64,000 bases of DNA, taken from NCBI GenBank assembly GCA_966250335.1, contig CBINGZ010000001.1, forward strand, positions 129,010-193,009, given 5' to 3'. Shown piece by piece: positions 1 through 13,196 of this stretch. A program made the position numbers and the translations under genes. Under the pieces are notes generated by a model. It worked only from the letters and a program-made list of their open reading frames with translations, was not told the origin of the DNA and did not search any database. This DNA comes from an uncultured bacterium. GTDB lineage: Bacteria > Bacteroidota > Ignavibacteria > OLB7. Within the stretch, counting starts at the first letter, position 1; every line of letters starts with the position of its first letter.

Positions 1-154
1 TCGTGCCAGGGCCGAGGAGGTCGCCCGCCGCGCCCTCAAACTCGATTCCAGAAACGACACGGCGCTGCGGGTTCTCAGTGCGATAGAAAAAGGGAAGCAT
101 AAACGGAACTCGGCCTCCTCGACACTCCCTGAAGCCCGGGGCCGGGCGACCCGT

Positions 155-1150
155 ATGGTCATGCTGATGCTGGCGATCGCTCTCCTCGGGGTCGGTCTGA
201 GCGTCTTCATGGTCTTCTCGGGTTCCGATACGCCGGAGCCCCTTCCGATGGAGACACAGCCGCCGATCGAAGCGCCTCCCGCTCCGCCGGCTCCTCCCGC
301 TCCGAAGCCTCCTTCCGACGAACGCCTGCTCAAACCGGTCATGAAGTTCGGGAGCGAGGGGATCGGTCCCGGCATGTTCACCGACGCCCGCAGTATCGCC
401 GTCGACGGCGCGGGGCATATCTATGTGGGGGAATACGGGAGCGGACGGATTCAGGTCTTCGATTCGCTCGGGGCGTTTATCACGCAGTGGAGCATCGGGA
501 CGAAGAAGTATCTGAAATCGCTCACGGCCGATCGTCGCGGGACGGTCTACGCGGTCCACAGCGGGCGTATCCATCGCTTCGAGGGGTTGACGGGGAAGCC
601 GCTGGGAGAACTCAGATACGGGGGAGGACCGGGGTTCACATTCGCCTCGGCGACGGCCGACGGCGGACTTGTGGCGGCATGGGACGGACACTGGCGCGGG
701 GGAATCCTGGTCAACGTCAAGAGCAAGGATGATATCATCCGCTTCGGAGCGGACGGGAAGGTGGTCAGGACGATCCGTACGGCGATCAGCTCGGCCAGCG
801 ACGAGCTGGAGATGGACGCACAGGTCGCCGCCGACGGCCTGGGGAACATCTACGCGCTCGGTCGCATGACCTCCGCCGTCTTCAGGTTCAGCCCCGAAGG
901 GAAATTCGCCAACCGCTTCGGCGGCAGAGGGAACCAGCCCGGACAGTTCAGGTTCCCCCAGGCGATCGCCGTCGACGGGAAGGGACGGGTGATCATCGCC
1001 GACAACGGTCTCAAGGTCTTCGATACCGACGGACGATTCATCGGCGAGATGGATATCCGCCCCTTCCCCTCCGGCATCGTCGTCAACGACCGGAACGAGG
1101 TACTGATCGTGGGACGGACGGAGGTGGCCAAATATCGAATAGGGATATAG
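155..1150 (+). CDS. NHL-repeat (six-bladed beta-propeller) protein with N-terminal membrane anchor; reading frame is open back to window start so true start may lie upstream
   Basis: Hydrophobic N-terminus MVMLMLAIALLGVGLSVFMVF, proline-rich linker, repeated motifs GHIYVGEYGSGRIQVFD / GNIYALGRMTSAVFRF / GRVIIADNGLKVFD typical of NHL repeats; same frame has no stop from nt 2. Confidence 0.6.
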   Translation: MVMLMLAIALLGVGLSVFMVFSGSDTPEPLPMETQPPIEAPPAPPAPPAPKPPSDERLLKPVMKFGSEGIGPGMFTDARSIAVDGAGHIYVGEYGSGRIQVFDSLGAFITQWSIGTKKYLKSLTADRRGTVYAVHSGRIHRFEGLTGKPLGELRYGGGPGFTFASATADGGLVAAWDGHWRGGILVNVKSKDDIIRFGADGKVVRTIRTAISSASDELEMDAQVAADGLGNIYALGRMTSAVFRFSPEGKFANRFGGRGNQPGQFRFPQAIAVDGKGRVIIADNGLKVFDTDGRFIGEMDIRPFPSGIVVNDRNEVLIVGRTEVAKYRIGI

Positions 1151-1287
1151 CCCTCACGGCGCGATCGGTGGGCGTGATGAGGAACGATCCGATCGGCGCA
1201 CGCGTTCTCCCGGCAGAACCGGTTGCCGGCGGGCGCCTCCATGAAACCGAGTGGAAGTGACCGCCCGGCGCCGCGCGGGAAGGCGCC

Positions 1288-2079
1288 ATGAGGACACGAG
1301 CCAGCATAAAGGGGCATCCGATCCATCAGATGCTCATCCCTTTTCCGATCGGATTTCTGATCGGGGCGCTGCTGTTCGATCTTCTCGGCCTCCTGCTCGA
1401 CAGCCCGGGCTTCTGGGTCACCGGATCGTATCTCGCCACGGCGGGGATCGTCGCCGGCCTGCTCGCGGCGATCCCGGGTCTCGTCGACTATCTTTTCACC
1501 GTCCCTCCCGGAAGCTCCGCCAGGTCACGCGGCACCAGGCACATGCTCACGATGATCGGTGTGCTGGTTCTCTTCGGCACGGCCCGAATCATACGGGGCG
1601 ATCCGGAGACGCGTCCCGAGACGGTCGTGATCATCCTCGAACTTCTCGCCGCAGGCGCGCTCGGGGGTGGGGCATGGCTGGGGGGAACGCTCGTGCTCCG
1701 CAACTTCATCGGCCCTGACCATCGCCATGCGGGAGCGGGAAAATGGAAGGAGGAGACCCTCTCCGCGACCGAAGGAGCGATCCGGGTCGCCGACTCCGAC
1801 GAACTCAAGCCGAACCAGATGAAGCTCGTCCACATCGGCGACCGACGCCTCGTGATAGGACGAAGCGACTCCGGATATGTCGCATTCGACGACGCCTGCA
1901 CCCACCGCGGCGGCTCGCTGGCCGACGGCGTGATGATCTGCGACACGGTCCACTGCCTCTGGCACGGATCGCAGTTCGATGTACGCACCGGTGTCCCCAA
2001 AGCCGGCCCGGCAAAGGAGAAGATCGGAACCTACCGGGTCGAGGAGAGGGAGGGCGGGGTGTTCGTGGTGCTGGGGTAG
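1288..2079 (+). CDS. Membrane domain (DUF2231-like) fused to C-terminal Rieske [2Fe-2S] domain
   Basis: Four predicted TM helices at N-terminus; C-terminal CTHRGGSL...CLWHGSQFDVRTG = CxH...CxxH Rieske motif. Confidence 0.65.
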   Translation: MRTRASIKGHPIHQMLIPFPIGFLIGALLFDLLGLLLDSPGFWVTGSYLATAGIVAGLLAAIPGLVDYLFTVPPGSSARSRGTRHMLTMIGVLVLFGTARIIRGDPETRPETVVIILELLAAGALGGGAWLGGTLVLRNFIGPDHRHAGAGKWKEETLSATEGAIRVADSDELKPNQMKLVHIGDRRLVIGRSDSGYVAFDDACTHRGGSLADGVMICDTVHCLWHGSQFDVRTGVPKAGPAKEKIGTYRVEEREGGVFVVLG

Positions 2080-2366
2080 GATTTCACCGCTTGATTCTCC
2101 AGAATCCATTATCGCTACTCCCGGTGGCTCGATCTTTGCGTCGCAATTGTACGGGCATGTTATGTACCTTTGGCTGTTTCTCGGACCGCCCGATCGAACG
2201 CTCCGCTTCCTTTAATCCACGTCTGTCGGCACTCCGAGCGATCTTCTATTCCATGCCGTATTCCGTCGTCGGCGGAACATCGGCTCACTCTTCTCCCGTT
2301 ACCGTTATGCGTTTCTCGATCACACATCACTGCTTCCTATCCTCGCGTTCGAAGCTCCGATACGGC

Positions 2367-4181
2367 ATGATGCACGAGGTCTTCATGCTCGCCGCGCTGT
2401 TGATCCTTGCAACCGCCGGAGCCACGGCACAGGCACAACAGCCTCAGTGGAAGATCTTCGGCCATCTGCTGGAAGCGCGCTCGCGCTTCTCCGTTGCCGC
2501 TCTGGGAGAAGGAAAGGTCCTGGTCATGGGAGGATTCGGAGTTACGAAACCTTGGAACACCGTACCGCTCAAGACATGCGAACTGATCGACATCAATGAG
2601 GGAACGATCACCCCCGCTCCGCCGATGCTTGGAGCACGAGCGGAGTTCGTGGCCCTTCATACGCCCGACTCGAACATCGTGATCATCGGCGGCAACAGCG
2701 GCACGTTCAACGGAGGTACCTCCGTCAAGACGGTCGATCTGTACGACAGGGTAAAGGAGGAGTGGCGAAATCTGGGGAATCTACTACTGCCGCGCCGGCA
2801 GCATGTCGCGGTCTTCATCAACGACCACGAAATTCTTGTCGCAGGAGGAAGGGATGTCGAGACCAGCACGACGAACGAGGCCGAGATCTTCGACATCGCC
2901 ACCGGGAAGAGTCGGAGGATCGAACCGTTCACCTTCCCCATCAATTCCGCCGTGGCAGGGCGGACAAGCAAGGGCGATATCATCGTCACGGCCGGCAGAG
3001 ACGGAGGCCCCAACGGCCAACGGAGCCGTACCGTCTATCGATTCACTCCCCCGAGCACATGGGATTCGGCAGCTACGCTCACTGCTCCGCTTCAGGGTCC
3101 CCACCTCCTCAGGCTCTGGGATGGGCGACTCCTCCTTTCAGGGGGCTCGCACCAGGAGGTACCGATCGATTTCAGCGACGAGGTGCAGATCGAGAACAGC
3201 GGCGTCTGGAGCACCCTGGCCCGCATGGCCAGCGAACGGCAGTGGGGCTCGGCTGCGCAATGGAACGGAGACACGATTATCACAATGGGGGGCTTCGATA
3301 ATAACGACGTCATACTCCGACAGACCGACTGGATCAACATCCGAACCGGCGAACGGACCCAAGGCCCGAGCCTCCTGCACGGACACAAATGGTTCGAGGC
3401 GATTTCGGTCCCTGTCGCGTTCGACCCCGAGTCGCCGGAGACCCCCACGGCGTCGGTCATTCTAGCCATCGGCGGCGAGAGCGACACGGTATCGCATACC
3501 ATGGCGGTGGAGATCCTGGAGACGGTCTGCACTCCCCTGACCGTTGCGTCCCCCCTCTCCGGAGGCTCGTTCACCCTCGATTCGATAGAAGTGCATCAGC
3601 CGCGCTGCGGGGAGATCCGCATCGCCAACAACGGCAGGACTCCGATGGTGATCTCGGACGGCGTTCTCGACAGGAACATGGCGTTCTTTACAGCCTCCGG
3701 TCAGTTTCCCATGACGATCGCGCCGGGAGAGGAGAAGAAGATCCGTCTCTGCTTTCTGCCGGAATCTCCGGGCGAATACCGGGATACTCTCCGTCTCATG
3801 ACCGAATGCAGCCCGACCGCACTGCCGCTCCTCTCCCATGGAACGGCGCCCCATACCAGCGGCACGAACGATGGACCGAACCGCTCTCCCATAGGAGTCA
3901 CGGCCGTCCTCTTTCCGAACCCCGCATCGAGCCGGATCACCATACAACTCCGACACCCGGAAAGCGGGCATCCCCTGGATGCCGAGTGTACTCTCCACGA
4001 TCTTCTCGGCAGTATCGTGGCGCGCGGCCGGTATGTAGCAGCAGCCTCTCCCGGCAACGGCGGAGGGTACACCGAAGGAGAATACAGGATCGATGTGGAG
4101 GGAATCCCCTCAGGCACGTATATCGTCTCGGTTGCCACCCGTCAGGGAACCGAGACCTTCTCCGTGGTCGTCTCGCACTAG
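2367..4181 (+). CDS. Kelch/galactose-oxidase-like beta-propeller protein, T9SS-secreted
   Basis: Signal peptide MMHEVFMLAALLILATAGATAQA; repeated Kelch-like blades (VLVMGGFG, IVIIGGNSG, ILVAGGRD); C-terminal T9SS sorting domain (VLFPNPASSRITIQL...YIVSVAT). The long upstream extension of the ORF (from 1743) is Arg-rich low-complexity and rejected. Confidence 0.6.
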   Translation: MMHEVFMLAALLILATAGATAQAQQPQWKIFGHLLEARSRFSVAALGEGKVLVMGGFGVTKPWNTVPLKTCELIDINEGTITPAPPMLGARAEFVALHTPDSNIVIIGGNSGTFNGGTSVKTVDLYDRVKEEWRNLGNLLLPRRQHVAVFINDHEILVAGGRDVETSTTNEAEIFDIATGKSRRIEPFTFPINSAVAGRTSKGDIIVTAGRDGGPNGQRSRTVYRFTPPSTWDSAATLTAPLQGPHLLRLWDGRLLLSGGSHQEVPIDFSDEVQIENSGVWSTLARMASERQWGSAAQWNGDTIITMGGFDNNDVILRQTDWINIRTGERTQGPSLLHGHKWFEAISVPVAFDPESPETPTASVILAIGGESDTVSHTMAVEILETVCTPLTVASPLSGGSFTLDSIEVHQPRCGEIRIANNGRTPMVISDGVLDRNMAFFTASGQFPMTIAPGEEKKIRLCFLPESPGEYRDTLRLMTECSPTALPLLSHGTAPHTSGTNDGPNRSPIGVTAVLFPNPASSRITIQLRHPESGHPLDAECTLHDLLGSIVARGRYVAAASPGNGGGYTEGEYRIDVEGIPSGTYIVSVATRQGTETFSVVVSH

Positions 4182-4357
4182 ATCCTCCGGGAAGTCGGAT
4201 ATTTGCCGGGCCGTTCGAGCTCGACCGGAACACTCCGGTCGGGCTCGAACCTTCGGGCCGGGAACCGATGGGCCAATCCGACGTCATCCATACGGCCCCG
4301 CTTCGCATCGGAGCGATCATCCACACATTATCGTTCAACGATATCCCCACAACCACC

Positions 4358-4909
4358 ATGGAGAACCAGGTAACGCAGGAGAAGGGCATGACCCATACGA
4401 TCCGGACCGGGTCGGACGAGATCGTCATCCGTCCCATATCGGACTCCGATTCGCTGGCCGAGCTGACCGATCTGCTCCACCGGGCCTACAAGCGGCTGGC
4501 GGATATGGGGCTCCGCTTCTTCGCCACCCATCAGACGGAGGAGCAGACGCGGGAACGGGTCGATGAGGGGGAATGCTTCGTGGCGACCCTGAAGGGAGCA
4601 GTGATCGGCACGATTGCCTACTACCCGAAGTCCCATCAGACCGTGGAGTGGTACGGTCGCCCGGACGTGGCCCATTTCGGACAGTTCGCCGTGGAGCCGG
4701 AACTGCAGCGGACGGGACTCGGGGCCGCGCTGCTGGAGTTCGTGGAACGGAAGGCCCGCGCCGACGGCTTCGCCGAGCTTGCTCTCGATACCGCCGAGGG
4801 GGCGACCCATCTTATCGCCTACTACAGCGGCCGGGGCTACCGCTTCATCGACTATACAAACTGGGACGTCACCAATTATCGGAGCGTGATCATGAGCAAG
4901 ACGCTTTGA
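4358..4909 (+). CDS. GNAT family N-acetyltransferase
   Basis: Motif QFAVEPELQRTGLGAALLEFVERKA (acetyl-CoA binding R/Q-x-x-G-x-G/A); N-terminal 320 codons of the ORF overlap the upstream Kelch gene and were rejected. Confidence 0.65.
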   Translation: MENQVTQEKGMTHTIRTGSDEIVIRPISDSDSLAELTDLLHRAYKRLADMGLRFFATHQTEEQTRERVDEGECFVATLKGAVIGTIAYYPKSHQTVEWYGRPDVAHFGQFAVEPELQRTGLGAALLEFVERKARADGFAELALDTAEGATHLIAYYSGRGYRFIDYTNWDVTNYRSVIMSKTL

Positions 4910-4982
4910 TCCGTTTGAATCCGATCGCGGTCTGGCTACATTACGCGCCTGCGGAGACTCCCTTCCAACCGATGGCCGAATC

Positions 4983-7775
4983 ATGAAACGAATCCTCTTC
5001 CCCCTGCTCCTTCTCCTGATCGCCGCCGTCGCCGGCACGGCGCAGACAGCTTCGATCCTCACGCTCCATCCGCCGCCGAAATCGGCGTTCCAGCGGAACG
5101 GACAGTTCACGCTGAACAAGAGCACGTCGCTCTTCATCTCCGATCATCCGGACGACGGAACGCTCCGCGCCATGGCCTGGCTCCAGGCCCGGTTGAAGGA
5201 ACGGATCGGCGACACCCTGAAGGTGATCACGGTGAAGGAGTTCAAGGGAGGACCGATCATGGCGGTGGGAACGCTCGCCGGCGCCGATTCGGCCATGATC
5301 TACCATATCCGGCGAATGATGCCGCCGGGCGAGACGATGCCGGAACATACCGGAGGATATATCCTCGATATCTCCCAGGGAGCCGTGGCGCTGATCGGCA
5401 CGGACGCGGAGGGAGCGTTCAACGGGGTTGCCACGCTCCTCCAGTTGATCGACCCGAAGGAGGGAACGGCCGTGCTCCGCGCGGCACATATCATGGACTA
5501 CCCGGACTACCCGATCCGCTGGGTCTTCTCGCAGCACAACCTGCGCGGGACGAACGCCATCACGGAGCTCCGATCGATCCAGGATACGATGGCCGCCTAC
5601 AAGCTCAACGGCCTTCAGCAGAACGATTTCAAGTACGCCATCCTCGGCGAACAGCCCGACTACTACTTCGACAGCGTCGCCCGGCTGAAGACCCTCTCCT
5701 CCGAACGGAACATCGAGATCATCCCCGGCGTCGCCGGCATCGGCTACAGCTCCGGGCTCCTCTGGCACGACCCGAACCTGGCCGAAGGGTTCCCGGCCTA
5801 CGCCGCCTACAGGATCGAAGGAGATACCGGCCGCCTTATCACCGATCCGCAGATGACCCTGCCGAACGGCGGGTTCGAGGCCGTGGACGGAAACGGGAAG
5901 TTCACCGGCTGGAGCTTCTACGACGGCCAGACCAACGACGCCAACGTCTTCGTCGACAAAACGATCTTCCGGTCGGGAACGGCCAGCGCCCGCTGCACGA
6001 ACTTCCGGTCGGGCGACCAGGCGGGGATCGGCAACTGCCGATTCTCCAGAAAGGTCGATTGCCAGCCGTTCGGCCATTATCTCCTCTCCGCCTGGGTCCG
6101 CACCAAGGATCTGAACGGAGGCGAGGTGCGCCTTCTGGCGATCGGCATGAACGACACGGGAGGAACGCGCGTCCTTACCTACACGGCGTTTTCGCTCCCC
6201 GCCACGACCTCCGACTGGACGAAGGTGGAAGTCCCGTTCAACACGCTCGACTTCCCCCAGGTACAACTCTACGCGGGGATCTGGGGGGGAGAGGAAGGGA
6301 CGATATGGTGGGACGACGTCACGGTGACCGCGGCGGGGCTGACCAACGTCCTCCGCCGTGACGGGACGCCGTTCACGCTGAAACAGGCAAAGGTGGGAGG
6401 AACGTCGTTTGCCGAGGGGATCGACTTCGCTCCGGTCGTCGACACCGTCATGGCGAAGAACCACGGCAGTTACGGTCCCTACCACCAGCCGCCGACGTTG
6501 CGCAGGCTTCCCGGCGGATCTCTCAAGAACGGCGACACGGTTCTCGCATCGTTCTATCATCCGTTGACGACCGTCGCGGATATCGAGGGGAACGGGTCGG
6601 TGATGGTCTGCCTCTCCGAGGATACCCTCTACACGCTCATCGCCGATCAGATCTCCCGCGTCGATGATCTCTACTCCCCCTCGCATTTCTTCCTGGGACA
6701 TGATGAGATCCGGGCGATGAACCACGACCTCGCCTGTACGTCGCGCGACATGACCCCGGCGGAGCTTCTCGCCGACAACCTGACGCGATCCCTTGCGATC
6801 GTCGATACGGTCCACCCCGACGCCTACACCTATGTATGGAGCGATATGTTCGACTCGCTCCACAACGCCCACGACGATTACTATCTGGTCAACGGCGATC
6901 TTACCGGTGTCTGGGACCTGATCCCCCGCTCGGTCACGATCGTCAACTGGAACAGCGCGGAGAGCTTCACCAGTCCCGAGTGGTTCGCCGGGCAGGGATT
7001 CAACCAGATCGTCACCCCCTTCTACGACAACCCGGCCCCCAGCGCGATCCACGCATGGCGCATGGGAGTGGAAGGGCTTCCCAACATCCACGGCATGATG
7101 TATACGACATGGCAGTCCGATTTCAGCCTGCTGAAGCCGTATGCCTACTATGCGTGGGGAGCGGGACCGTATATCGTCCACACGCCGCTCGACTCGGCGG
7201 GGATGATAAAGGTCGTGCCGGGAGATTCCGTAAGAATCGAGGCGATCATCCAGAGCGACCCGTACAGCACGCTCGACTACATCGACGAGGCGACCGCGAG
7301 AATCACTGTGGGAACGAACCTTCCCACACTTGAGGAGGTGAAACTGACCCGTGACACCGGGAATCTCTACATCGGCTACTCGCATCTGGCGGCCCAGCGG
7401 AAGACGTTCACCTATCATATCGAAGCCGCCGACTATTACGGCCTGACGCGCAGAACGCCGGAGTATCTCGTCTCGCTCGGCACCAGCGCCGCGCCTGAAA
7501 CGCCGGAAATCGCATCGCGATACAAGCTTGCGGTCTTCCCCAACCCCGCCTCCGGCGTCACGACGGTCAGGATCACGACCCCCGGCCCCGGCGCATGGGA
7601 GCTGAGCGTGGTCGATCTTCTGGGGCGCACGCTTCTTACCCGCATCGGAGAAAACGATCTGGCGGCCGAACGGAGCGTATCGATCGACGTCGGCGCGCTC
7701 CCTCCGGGGCTCTACCACTGCGTGCTGCGGACGGCCGACGTTACCATGGCACAACGCTTCACGGTGTCTCGGTAA
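4983..7775 (+). CDS. Secreted glycoside-hydrolase-like protein (GH20 beta-hexosaminidase-like N-terminal domain + CBM4/9-like module) with T9SS C-terminal domain
   Basis: Signal peptide MKRILFPLLLLLIAAVAGTAQT; GH20 domain-2-like GGYILDISQGAVALIGTDAEGAFNGVATLLQL; CBM-like GGFEAVDGNGKFTGWSFYDG; C-terminal LAVFPNPASGVTTVRI...LYHCVL T9SS CTD. The antisense 937-aa ORF 4941..7754 is judged a shadow. Confidence 0.6.
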   Translation: MKRILFPLLLLLIAAVAGTAQTASILTLHPPPKSAFQRNGQFTLNKSTSLFISDHPDDGTLRAMAWLQARLKERIGDTLKVITVKEFKGGPIMAVGTLAGADSAMIYHIRRMMPPGETMPEHTGGYILDISQGAVALIGTDAEGAFNGVATLLQLIDPKEGTAVLRAAHIMDYPDYPIRWVFSQHNLRGTNAITELRSIQDTMAAYKLNGLQQNDFKYAILGEQPDYYFDSVARLKTLSSERNIEIIPGVAGIGYSSGLLWHDPNLAEGFPAYAAYRIEGDTGRLITDPQMTLPNGGFEAVDGNGKFTGWSFYDGQTNDANVFVDKTIFRSGTASARCTNFRSGDQAGIGNCRFSRKVDCQPFGHYLLSAWVRTKDLNGGEVRLLAIGMNDTGGTRVLTYTAFSLPATTSDWTKVEVPFNTLDFPQVQLYAGIWGGEEGTIWWDDVTVTAAGLTNVLRRDGTPFTLKQAKVGGTSFAEGIDFAPVVDTVMAKNHGSYGPYHQPPTLRRLPGGSLKNGDTVLASFYHPLTTVADIEGNGSVMVCLSEDTLYTLIADQISRVDDLYSPSHFFLGHDEIRAMNHDLACTSRDMTPAELLADNLTRSLAIVDTVHPDAYTYVWSDMFDSLHNAHDDYYLVNGDLTGVWDLIPRSVTIVNWNSAESFTSPEWFAGQGFNQIVTPFYDNPAPSAIHAWRMGVEGLPNIHGMMYTTWQSDFSLLKPYAYYAWGAGPYIVHTPLDSAGMIKVVPGDSVRIEAIIQSDPYSTLDYIDEATARITVGTNLPTLEEVKLTRDTGNLYIGYSHLAAQRKTFTYHIEAADYYGLTRRTPEYLVSLGTSAAPETPEIASRYKLAVFPNPASGVTTVRITTPGPGAWELSVVDLLGRTLLTRIGENDLAAERSVSIDVGALPPGLYHCVLRTADVTMAQRFTVSR

Positions 7776-7990
7776 CGAAATGGGGGGTTCGCGTGTTTAT
7801 ATCTTCAGCCAACCCTCGTTCACGTCAGAACCAGCAGACGGCGGTCCATATACTCGCGCCCGGCATCCCTCCTTCGGGGAAGCCGGAAGAGCAGGGGAAG
7901 GAACGTGCATGAGGGTACGCCACCAGTGTCCACGCAGATCCGGCACCATGCCGGCGCGAACCATGAACCGGGAATCGGAGCAATTGAGGG

Positions 7991-8554
7991 ATGCGATATA
8001 TGAACATGATACGACGGAGATCGATCGGGGGAGCCCTCCTCCCGGCGCTCGTCGTGCTCGGAATGGTTTCCGGGTGCAGCGGCGTCGAGTGGGAGGAGTT
8101 CGAGTCGGGTGAGGGAGCGTTCATGGTGACGATGCCGGGAACTCCCTCCGTACAGACGAGCGTCCTCAACACGCCGGCGGGGGCTCTCGACCTTCACCTC
8201 TTTTCGGGTGAAGTAAACAGAATACGATATGTCGTCGGCTACTGCGACTACCCGGAGCGGGTGGCGCGGTTCGTGAACAACGAACGGCTGCTGGAGGATG
8301 TGCGGGAGGGAACCCTCTCCGCGGCGCGCGGCACGCTGATCGGTGAAGCGCCGGTAAGCCTGGGGACGCACCCGGGGAAGGAGATCCGGATGAAGCTGCC
8401 CGACAGCCTGATGGAAGGGGGAGGGGGATATCGCTCCCGTCTCTTCGTCGTCGGCCCCCGCCTCTACCAGATCGCCGTCTCGGCGCCGGACGACAGAGCG
8501 TTCACGGCCGAGGCCGATTCGTTCTTCAATTCGTTCAGACTGACCGACCGATAG
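7991..8554 (+). CDS. Hypothetical lipoprotein
   Basis: Signal + lipobox LVVLGMVSGCSG; antisense ORFs in region judged shadows. Confidence 0.4.
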   Translation: MRYMNMIRRRSIGGALLPALVVLGMVSGCSGVEWEEFESGEGAFMVTMPGTPSVQTSVLNTPAGALDLHLFSGEVNRIRYVVGYCDYPERVARFVNNERLLEDVREGTLSAARGTLIGEAPVSLGTHPGKEIRMKLPDSLMEGGGGYRSRLFVVGPRLYQIAVSAPDDRAFTAEADSFFNSFRLTDR

Positions 8555-8641
8555 GGGTCGGATATCCCGCAACGCCGACGACCGACGTTCGGGACCGACC
8601 CCGTTCACCCCATATCTCCAAGATTTATCGCGGCAATGTGA

Positions 8642-11532
<2,891 letters not shown>

Positions 11533-11666
11533 ACATCCCTCAAAAAAAGATGACGAAAACCTTCCGCGCCGGGAACTTCCCCCCCCGGGCGTTGGTTGTA
11601 TGTACTGAGATGAATGATGATGGTTGATTGAATGAACATTATGGTGATTGTGACGGAGAAACGATA

Positions 11667-11786
11667 ATGAGAAACCTTGTACGCGGCCTGATAGCAGGCT
11701 ACGGAGCAAAGAAGATTGGTGGTGGCTGTCTTGGAACGATAATTGTCTTCATAATTCTTTACTGGCTTCTTGGATATGTTTTCTAA
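11667..11786 (+). CDS. Small 39-aa hydrophobic ORF (MRNLVRGLIAGYGAKKIGGGCLGTIIVFIILYWLLGYVF) in AT-rich intergenic island
   Basis: ATG preceded by GGAG 10 nt upstream; single TM helix; lies in ~40% GC region; not in supplied ORF track (below length cutoff). Confidence 0.3.
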   Translation: MRNLVRGLIAGYGAKKIGGGCLGTIIVFIILYWLLGYVF

Positions 11787-11941
11787 TCCAGTGATGAGGA
11801 TGTCGAAGCGGGGTATAATCCAGGCAGAATATAGTATGACGCATGTGCTTCGAAGTGAAAGCACGAAGTATTGGAAGAATTGAATCGATAATTCAGACTT
11901 CTATTACGTAAAAAACGCTAACGATTCAACATTCGTATATA

Positions 11942-11970
11942 AACAAGGGGAGTGAGCAATCACTCCCCTT
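11942..11970. terminator. Perfect 11-bp stem hairpin AAGGGGAGTGA-gcaa-TCACTCCCCTT, likely bidirectional terminator (U-rich tract on minus-strand side)
   Basis: Seen directly; located between convergent Rieske gene/sORF (+) and SDR gene (-). Confidence 0.4.
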
Positions 11971-12147
11971 GGTCGTTCAGACAACTGCGGCACAGGACAC
12001 GACGGACCTTCAGCGAACAACCTGAAGACGTCCGGTACGGGACAAGGGAAACCCCCTCGACTTCGGATTACTCGGGCGAGGGGGTTTGCGCATCATATCG
12101 TGTCGGAGGAGTTACCCTCCGTCGTTCATGCCGGGAGTCGGAGGATA

Positions 12148-13053
12148 TCAATCCTCCTCTTCGCTCTCCACTTCCGATACGGTACGTCTGAGTTTTTCGT
12201 AGCCCTCAAGATTTGCGATCCAGAGCGGCTCCATCTTCAGTTCGGTACCTGCCTGGTCGTTCTCGTAGTCGCGGACCAGATCACGCGAGCCCGGATGGGT
12301 ATAAACCTCCGGAACCGGGGTAGCGATGGTTGCGGCGATGACGTCGGCAACCTGTTCGGGGGTGAGGACAGGGATGATCGGGGGAAGAGAACTTCCCCGT
12401 TCCTGGGCTATTTCCACGCCGCGGCGCGCCTCGTAGTCGAAGATGCCGGAGATCGGTCCCTCCTCGGTCGCTTCGGCCCAGCCGGTCGCCGTGCCGCCGG
12501 GGATCACCGCCGTGACGTAGACACCGGTCGGCGACAGCTCCGCGCGCAGAGCCCGTGTGAACCCGATCACCGCATGCTTCGCCGCGACGTAGGCCGCATT
12601 CCCCGGATAGCCGATCTTCCCGGCCATCGAGGCGACGTTGATGATATGTCCCCGACCGCGCGGCTTCATGTGCCGCAGAGCGGCGGCGGTTCCATACCAG
12701 AGCGAGAAGACGTTCACGGCGAAGACGCTCTCGAGCACCTCCGGAGGGGTATCCTCCACGTAGGAGAAATGTCCACGGCCGGCGTTGTTGACCAGCACGT
12801 GCAGATCGCCGAAATGTTCGATCGTCCGCTCGACGGCGGATTCGAACTGGGAGCGCTCGGTAATATCGCAGGCGATCGGGAGCGCTTCGCCGCCGAGTTT
12901 GTTCACTTCGGAGGCGACGGCGGCAAGCACGCTTTCTCGTCGGGCTATCAGAGCGACTCGTCCGCCGCGCTTCGCCAGTCGCAGAGCGAGGGCGCGTCCG
13001 ATGCCTGAGCTGGCGCCGGTAATAAGGATGACCGATTTATCTGAGATTTCCAT
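12148..13053 (-). CDS. Short-chain dehydrogenase/reductase (SDR) family oxidoreductase
   Basis: TGASSGIG Rossmann motif, NNAG, catalytic YxxxK (YVAAKHAV). Confidence 0.85.
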   Translation of the reverse strand: MEISDKSVILITGASSGIGRALALRLAKRGGRVALIARRESVLAAVASEVNKLGGEALPIACDITERSQFESAVERTIEHFGDLHVLVNNAGRGHFSYVEDTPPEVLESVFAVNVFSLWYGTAAALRHMKPRGRGHIINVASMAGKIGYPGNAAYVAAKHAVIGFTRALRAELSPTGVYVTAVIPGGTATGWAEATEEGPISGIFDYEARRGVEIAQERGSSLPPIIPVLTPEQVADVIAATIATPVPEVYTHPGSRDLVRDYENDQAGTELKMEPLWIANLEGYEKLRRTVSEVESEEED

Positions 13054-13196
13054 GAGATTGCTCGGAGCAGGATTATTGTAGTATGTTCGACGCCGGATGA
13101 AGAATCGCCCTCTGCTTACGCCTCAACCGCCGGCAGGGGCGGAAAATACGCTTGAACGGGAAACCCCATGCCGGAAACAAGAAGGAGGAGGTGGTC

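Noticed and set aside
1743-2366. N-terminal 208-codon extension of the Kelch ORF, and similar upstream extensions of ORFs at 3389, 10267, 21411, 29454, 31191, 33337, 36508, 41047 and 41551
   Set aside because: The extensions overlap upstream genes or are Arg-rich low complexity. Internal ATGs followed by signal peptides or conserved N-termini give family-typical lengths.
4941-7754. 937-aa antisense ORF opposite the GH20-like/T9SS gene
   Set aside because: Arg/Gly/Asp-rich low-complexity translation typical of GC-rich antisense frames. The + strand has a signal peptide, recognisable domains and a T9SS CTD.
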